Origin: Sphaerodactylus townsendi
Taxonomy: Eukaryota
NCBI RefSeq assembly: GCF_021028975.2
Contig: NC_059438.1
Coordinates: 28,086,001 to 28,150,000 of the forward strand
Direction: 5' to 3'
DNA: 64,000 nucleotides
In this document: positions 60,901 through 64,000 of the stretch, in pieces
Position numbering within the stretch: the first letter of the stretch is position 1
Layout of the letters: every line of letters begins with the position of its first letter
The notes under the pieces: model-generated
The model's database searches: none
What the model saw: the letters and a program-made list of their open reading frames with translations, nothing else
Told to the model about the DNA's origin: nothing
Position numbers and translations under genes: made by a program

Positions 60901-63900
60901 AGACCAGAGTCCATCTAGTCCAGCACTCTGCTACTAGCAGTGGCCCACCAGATGCCTTTGGGAGCTCACATGCAGGATGTGAAAGCAATGGCCTTCTGCT
61001 GCTGCTGCTGCTCCCGAGCACCTGGTCTGCTAAGGCATTGGCAATCTCAGATCAAGGAGGGTCAAGATTGGTAGCCATAGATCGACTTCTCCATAAGTCT
61101 GTCCAAGCCCCTTCCTAGAATGGGTGAGGAAGTTGTTGGTTAATTTTTCACAGCCATACTCCTCAACATGGAAGTTCATGCTTTTTTTTTTTGGCCTAGT
61201 GTTGTATTAACAATAGCGAACATTACCTTTGTGCTTTCTTTGCTGGCGTCGATATCCTTGATGTTGGGGCTAGTTTCCATTCCTTGTTGACATTCTGCTT
61301 TTTGTAAGGATTTTTTTTCACGTAATATTTTTTTAATTTTTCCATAGATAATTACAAAAAACAGAAAAGGGTTTAGGGAAAAAAGAATAGATAGATTTTT
61401 AAAAGAACCGAATCATAGGGGGGCAAACATGGGGAATATGAAACTAAAGAAGAAGGGAAAGGAGGACAAAGGTGGGTAGGAGGTGCTTCTGAAAGTTGCG
61501 AGGCTGGCACACAACTACTGATCCTGGTGTATCCAGAATTGCTGGGTCTATTATTGATCCCCAACTAATTCATCTGTCAAATTGAAGGTCCCCAGAGTCC
61601 CTGGGAAGAAGAAGAGTTGGATTTATATCCCCCCCCTTTCTCCCCTGTAAGACTCAAAGGGGCTTACAAGCTCCTTTCCCTTCCCCCCCTCACAACAAAC
61701 ACCCTGTGAGGTAGTTGGGGCTGAGAATGCTCAGAAGAACTGTGACTAGCCCAAGGTCACTCAGCTGGCGTGTGCTGGAGTGCACAGGCTAATCTGAATT
61801 CCCCAGATAAGCCTCCACAGCTCAAGCGGCAGAGTGGGGAATCAAACCTGGTTCCTCCAGATTAGAGTACAGCTGCTCTTAACCACTATGCCAAAGCTGG
61901 AGTCAGACCCCCTCTGCTCTTATACCGGCAATTTGCTCCTTTTGGTACAGAGTGGCATGGAGCTCTAGAGAGCTCAAACCAGCTGAAATACCATCTTCCT
62001 TGTCCTGCTTTTTAGAAGGATGTGGCTCTGGTTGGGCTGGCACTAAAAGTGGGCAAATAGTTTCTGAGTACCTGTCAGTCCCATTGTAAAACTGGGCAAA
62101 CGTCAGATCAGGTCTTGTGCCAAAATGGCTGGTCCTGGCTGGTAAAGCCACCTGCCTCCCATACAGTTTACCCCAAGGAACTGGATTTATATCAGGGAAG
62201 TGGTTCTGAAAACCTTCTTTCTGTTTCTGCCTAACTTTCTCAGCGGCTTCTACAACACCAGCTACCAGCACAACGTGCACAACTACTGTTCCACCACAGC
62301 CCCAGTACAGCTATCATGATATCAACGTTTACTCCCTAGGAGGGCTGGCTCCACATATTACTCTTAATCCAACTGTAAGTATTGGGCTTCAGTCACTTTG
62401 AAAAAACTTCCAAGCTTCGGGTTAGGAGGGATTTGGCTGCGGGCCAATTCTGTATGTACTTGTGATGTCCTGGGAATGACATTTGTTGTTGTTTTGTTGT
62501 CCTAGATTCCCTTGTTTCAAGCACACCCGCAGTTAAAGCAGTGTGTGCGCCAGGCCATCGAGCGTGCGGTCCAAGAACTTGTGCATCCAGTGGTGGATCG
62601 GTCCATAAAAATAGCCATGACTACATGCGAGCAGATAGTGAGAAAGGATTTTGCCTTGGACTCGGAAGAGTCACGCATGCGTGTAGCGGCGCACCACATG
62701 ATGCGAAATTTGACTGCCGGCATGGCTATGATCACCTGTCGGGAGCCATTGCTGATGAGCATAGCTACCAACCTGAAGAACAGCTTTGCTACCGCATTGA
62801 GGGTACGTCTGCAGCTTGTTAAAATATTTTATTTTAAGCAAAATTAGTGGGAAACCAGTTTGTGAACTTTCATTCAGCAAGATTTACCAACATTCCTTCC
62901 CACTCCGTTGTTTAGCTGAAAGGTGCTCAGTTATTCCCACTTTTCAGAAGTGTTCTTAGAGGATGGTGCACTCTGAGCCTCCTGTGGATAAATGTGGACA
63001 AAATCCAGGGTTAAATTGACTAGTGTTAGAATTACTGAATCCAGAAAACGTTCCTAGCTTTTTAAGAGATCTTCAAAAAAGTACCTGATGGGTACATTTC
63101 GGAAACTGACTGTGTCACAGAGATAATGCTGGTTATTTAGTCCTAGTAGTTTCCTTATCGACATCCTTTGTTGAAGGAAAATATATGCGTAATTTAATTG
63201 CTGAGTTACTTTGTTGAGCTAATTGTCTCAATATAAATAAGCATCACCTGTTGAAGAGTTCCACGATGCCTGTTAGCAAATCATAAGCATGGATCTGGGG
63301 GACCAGGTTTGAATCACGCCTCTGCCATAGAAGCTTGCTGACTGATCTTGAGCCAGTTTCACACTGACCTACCTCCCGGGGTGGCTGTGTGGCAAAAAAT
63401 GGAGCAAAGGAGAAGGATGTAAACAACTTTGGGTCCCTATTGGGAAGAAGGGGAGGCATAAATGAAGTAAATAAGTAAAAATAAATAAAACACTTGAACA
63501 CATAAAGATCACATTAAGCTGCCTTATACTGACCCTTGGTCTATCAAGATCAATACGGTCTACTCCAGGGGTCTGTAACCTGCGGCTCTCCAGATGTTCA
63601 TGGACTACAAATCCCATCAGCCCCTGCCAGCATGGCCAATTGGTCGTGCTGGCAGGGGCTGATGGGAATAGTAGTTCATGAGTATCTGGAGAGCCGCAGG
63701 TTGCAGACCCCTGGTCTACTCAGACTGGCAGCAGCTCTCCAGGGTCTCAGGCAGAAGTCTTTCACATCACCTGCCTTGCTTGAATTGGAGATGCTGGGGA
63801 TTGAACCTGGGACCTTGCATACCAAGCAGATGCTCACCTTCTGAGCTGCAGCCCCCCCCCCCCCTTCAGAGAAAAACCACAGCCTTGCTTTCATGGCTTT

Positions 63901-64000
63901 CCTTTTGCAACAGGCTGCTTCGCCACAGCAGAGGGAGATGATGGAGCAGGCAGCCGCCCAGCTGGCTCAGGACAACTGCGAGCTGGCCTGCTGCTTCATT
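30434..64000 (+). CDS. CNOT1: CNOT1 (CCR4-NOT scaffold subunit 1), visible coding exons 3-32, 3'-truncated by window
   Basis: 30 exons splice into one open frame from [36 protein letters not shown] through the N-terminal HEAT region, TTP-binding domain, MIF4G (CAF1/DDX6-binding) and into DUF3819/CN9BD ([40 protein letters not shown]...). Confidence 0.98.
31807..31905 (+). CDS. CNOT1: CNOT1 exon 4
   Basis: [33 protein letters not shown]. Confidence 0.96.
32125..32318. mobile_element. TTAA-flanked MITE, Kolobok-like
   Basis: TTAA|GGGAAGTCTCTAAATTTTACGCTCCATGCACAG ... CTGTGCATGGAGCGTAAAATTTAGAGACTTCCC|TTAA; perfect 33-bp TIRs. Confidence 0.8.
33174..33242 (+). CDS. CNOT1: CNOT1 exon 5
   Basis: [23 protein letters not shown]. 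Confidence 0.95.
34076..34130 (+). CDS. CNOT1: CNOT1 exon 6
   Basis: [18 protein letters not shown]. Confidence 0.95.
35085..35288 (+). CDS. CNOT1: CNOT1 exon 7
   Basis: [19 protein letters not shown]...[13 protein letters not shown]; AAG acceptor. Confidence 0.95.
36204..36610 (+). mobile_element. L2-like LINE 3' fragment
   Basis: AATTCAGGGTGCTGGTGCTGACCTTTAAA...TATCTTAAAGACCAC (FKVL.LT.K / YLKD.L pattern) and AATAAA tail. Confidence 0.65.
37237..37395 (+). mobile_element. Penelope-like element terminal fragment
   Basis: Inverted GGTGTTGTGGG...CCCACAACACC arms around GAAGATGCCAGCCACAGATGCAGGCGAAAC, ending GTGAAAGCCTTCGACA. Confidence 0.75.
37490..37533. repeat. (GGT)n microsatellite
   Basis: About 14 GGT units upstream of the exon 8 acceptor. 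Confidence 0.9.
37590..37758 (+). CDS. CNOT1: CNOT1 exon 8
   Basis: [55 protein letters not shown]. Confidence 0.96.
38280..38406 (+). CDS. CNOT1: CNOT1 exon 9
   Basis: [42 protein letters not shown]. Confidence 0.96.
38585..38695 (+). CDS. CNOT1: CNOT1 exon 10
   Basis: [37 protein letters not shown]. Confidence 0.96.
39279..39449 (+). CDS. CNOT1: CNOT1 exon 11
   Basis: [19 protein letters not shown]...[10 protein letters not shown]. Confidence 0.96.
39851..39978 (+). CDS. CNOT1: CNOT1 exon 12
   Basis: [42 protein letters not shown]. Confidence 0.96.
40366..40664 (+). mobile_element. Squam3-type SINE
   Basis: Full-length copy. Confidence 0.85.
40662..40738 (+). mobile_element. Penelope-like 3' fragment
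   Basis: AAGAAGTGGTCTCTGACTCACCAAAACTTAC...AAATAAATGTTGTTAGTCTCCAGGTACTAC. Confidence 0.55.
41211..41451 (+). CDS. CNOT1: CNOT1 exon 13
   Basis: [36 protein letters not shown]...HYAWHGQ. Confidence 0.96.
42721..42840 (+). CDS. CNOT1: CNOT1 exon 14
   Basis: [40 protein letters not shown]. Confidence 0.96.
42954..43099. mobile_element. hAT MITE (ACTACAATTCCCA family)
   Basis: CAGAGGTGTCCAACTCTGGC...GCCAGAGTTGGACACCCCTG, TSD ATGTAAGA/ATGTAAAG. Confidence 0.85.
43905..44027. mobile_element. hAT MITE (ACTACAATTCCCA family)
   Basis: TAGTGGTGTCCAA...TTGGACACCTCTG, perfect TSD GCCTAGAG. Confidence 0.85.
44320..44442 (+). CDS. CNOT1: CNOT1 exon 15
   Basis: [41 protein letters not shown]. Confidence 0.96.
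44848..44999 (+). CDS. CNOT1: CNOT1 exon 16
   Basis: [50 protein letters not shown]. Confidence 0.96.
45131..45337. mobile_element. Tc1/mariner-superfamily (Tc2/pogo-like) MITE
   Basis: TA|CCGTGTTTCCCCAAAATAAGAC...GTCTTATTTTCAGGGAAACGG|TA with internal GGGCTTATTTT repeats. Confidence 0.8.
46923..47035. mobile_element. hAT MITE (ACTACAATTCCCA family), degenerate ends
   Basis: CTGCAACCTGTGGCTCTCCAGATGTTCATGGACTACAATT...AATTGTAGTCCATGAACATCTGGAGAGCCACAGGTTGCAG. Confidence 0.8.
47631..47916 (+). mobile_element. Squam3-type SINE
   Basis: Full-length copy. Confidence 0.85.
48216..48366 (+). CDS. CNOT1: CNOT1 exon 17
   Basis: [50 protein letters not shown]. Confidence 0.96.
48677..48812 (+). ncRNA. 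SNORA50: H/ACA snoRNA SNORA50 (ACA50 family)
   Basis: AAGCACTGCCTTTGAACCTGATGTGTCTTGTTTGTAGC...CAAGCAACAGTGCT hairpin, hinge, CTTGTTATAACTGG...TTTTAAGAACAAG hairpin, ACA at 48807-48809 three nt from the end; pockets CTTTGA/CAAGCA and ATAACTG/TTTAA are complementary to the 5' region of 18S rRNA; CNOT1 is the known host gene. Confidence 0.92.
49420..49621 (+). CDS. CNOT1: CNOT1 exon 18
   Basis: [48 protein letters not shown]...LSSQLP. Confidence 0.96.
49735..49878 (+). CDS. CNOT1: CNOT1 exon 19 (alternative donors after 49863 and 49878)
   Basis: [42 protein letters not shown](SKMKP); two GTAAG donors 15 nt apart. Confidence 0.95.
51900..52024 (+). CDS. CNOT1: CNOT1 exon 20
   Basis: [41 protein letters not shown]. 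Confidence 0.96.
52325..52565. mobile_element. Penelope-like inverted terminal fragment
   Basis: GGCTGGCATCTTCAGA ... TCTGAAGATGTCTGCC inverted arrangement. Confidence 0.7.
53121..53407 (+). CDS. CNOT1: CNOT1 exon 21
   Basis: [51 protein letters not shown]...ALDRFKN. Confidence 0.97.
54009..54087 (+). CDS. CNOT1: CNOT1 exon 22
   Basis: [26 protein letters not shown]. Confidence 0.96.
55124..55354 (+). CDS. CNOT1: CNOT1 exon 23
   Basis: [35 protein letters not shown]...SFKKDVP. Confidence 0.96.
55482..55574. mobile_element. Partial hAT MITE (ACTACAATTCCCA family)
   Basis: GGGCTGATGGGAATTGTAGTCCATGAACATCTGGAGAGCCGCAGGTTGCAGACTCCTG. Confidence 0.75.
55638..55778 (+). CDS. CNOT1: CNOT1 exon 24 (GC donor)
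   Basis: [47 protein letters not shown]; donor AAG|GCAAGT. Confidence 0.94.
55755..55838. repeat. 41-bp tandem duplication spanning the exon 24 end and donor
   Basis: TCTCAATCAAATATGACTCAGAAGGCAAGTAGT at 55755 and 55796. Confidence 0.95.
56032..56102. repeat. 35-bp tandem duplication
   Basis: GAATTCAATACTGCTACACAGAAGTGT(G/C)GGGTTCT x2. Confidence 0.95.
56173..56352 (+). CDS. CNOT1: CNOT1 exon 25
   Basis: [40 protein letters not shown]...YRNIK. Confidence 0.96.
57960..58011. repeat. (CT)n plus poly-C forming the exon 26 polypyrimidine tract
   Basis: Direct sequence. Confidence 0.9.
58018..58134 (+). CDS. CNOT1: CNOT1 exon 26
   Basis: [39 protein letters not shown]. Confidence 0.96.
58363..58473 (+). 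CDS. CNOT1: CNOT1 exon 27
   Basis: [37 protein letters not shown]. Confidence 0.96.
59624..59701 (+). CDS. CNOT1: CNOT1 exon 28
   Basis: [26 protein letters not shown]. Confidence 0.96.
59990..60381. mobile_element. Non-autonomous hAT element (392 bp)
   Basis: CAGAGGTGGGATCC...GGATCCCACCACTG TIRs, 8-bp TSD GGATCAAC/GGATGAAC, CpG-rich interior. Confidence 0.85.
60660..60837 (+). CDS. CNOT1: CNOT1 exon 29
   Basis: [59 protein letters not shown]. Confidence 0.96.
60871..61112 (-). mobile_element. CR1-type 3' end
   Basis: TAAGAACATAAGA tail complement; same family as 28308-28491. Confidence 0.8.
61606..61893 (-). mobile_element. Squam3-type SINE
   Basis: Full-length reverse copy with (GAA)n tail. 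Confidence 0.85.
62244..62374 (+). CDS. CNOT1: CNOT1 exon 30
   Basis: [43 protein letters not shown]. Confidence 0.96.
62506..62802 (+). CDS. CNOT1: CNOT1 exon 31
   Basis: [52 protein letters not shown]...KNSFATALR. Confidence 0.97.
63290..63490 (+). mobile_element. Squamate tRNA-SINE
   Basis: GGTTTGAATC B-box, (TAAA)n tail. Confidence 0.65.
63566..63713. mobile_element. hAT MITE nested in a reverse-strand tRNA-SINE (63530-63852)
   Basis: CAGGGGTCTGTAACC...GGTTGCAGACCCCTG, perfect TSD GTCTACTC. Confidence 0.88.
63914..64000 (+). CDS. CNOT1: CNOT1 exon 32 (truncated by window)
   Basis: [29 protein letters not shown]. Confidence 0.95.

Noticed and set aside
1-64000. CRISPR arrays, operons, tRNA or rRNA genes
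   Set aside because: Eukaryotic intron-exon DNA; A/B-box sequences all belong to SINE heads and the recurring palindromes are dispersed MITEs, not spaced arrays.

Overview
Vertebrate genomic DNA, most likely a squamate reptile and probably a gecko (inferred from Squam3-type and Sauria-type SINEs). It holds the last 8 coding exons of SLC38A7 (+, 1-6305), a CpG-island promoter at about 11.2-12.95 kb, and the first 32 exons of CNOT1 (+, ~12.1 kb to the window end). This matches the SLC38A7-CNOT1 tandem arrangement I recall from human. The CNOT1 start codon and first 34 codons fall inside a 204-N assembly gap; all later exons splice into one open frame. The H/ACA snoRNA SNORA50 lies in CNOT1 intron 17. 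Introns carry many SINEs, L2/CR1/Tx1/Penelope fragments, hAT/Tc/Kolobok-like MITEs and a solo LTR. Most notable candidates: (1) a decayed KDZ/Zisupton-type (HMGXB3-like) transposase in intron 2; (2) a perfect 28-bp pre-miRNA-like hairpin; (3) a tandem-duplicated GC splice donor creating a potential NMD switch; (4) a candidate truncating terminal or poison exon in intron 19; (5) a MITE family carrying ZNF143/THAP11-type motifs, one copy at the CNOT1 promoter; (6) a TTAA-flanked Kolobok-like MITE; (7) Penelope hammerhead relics. All homology calls come from manual translation and memory of the families, not from database searches; repeat boundaries are approximate.
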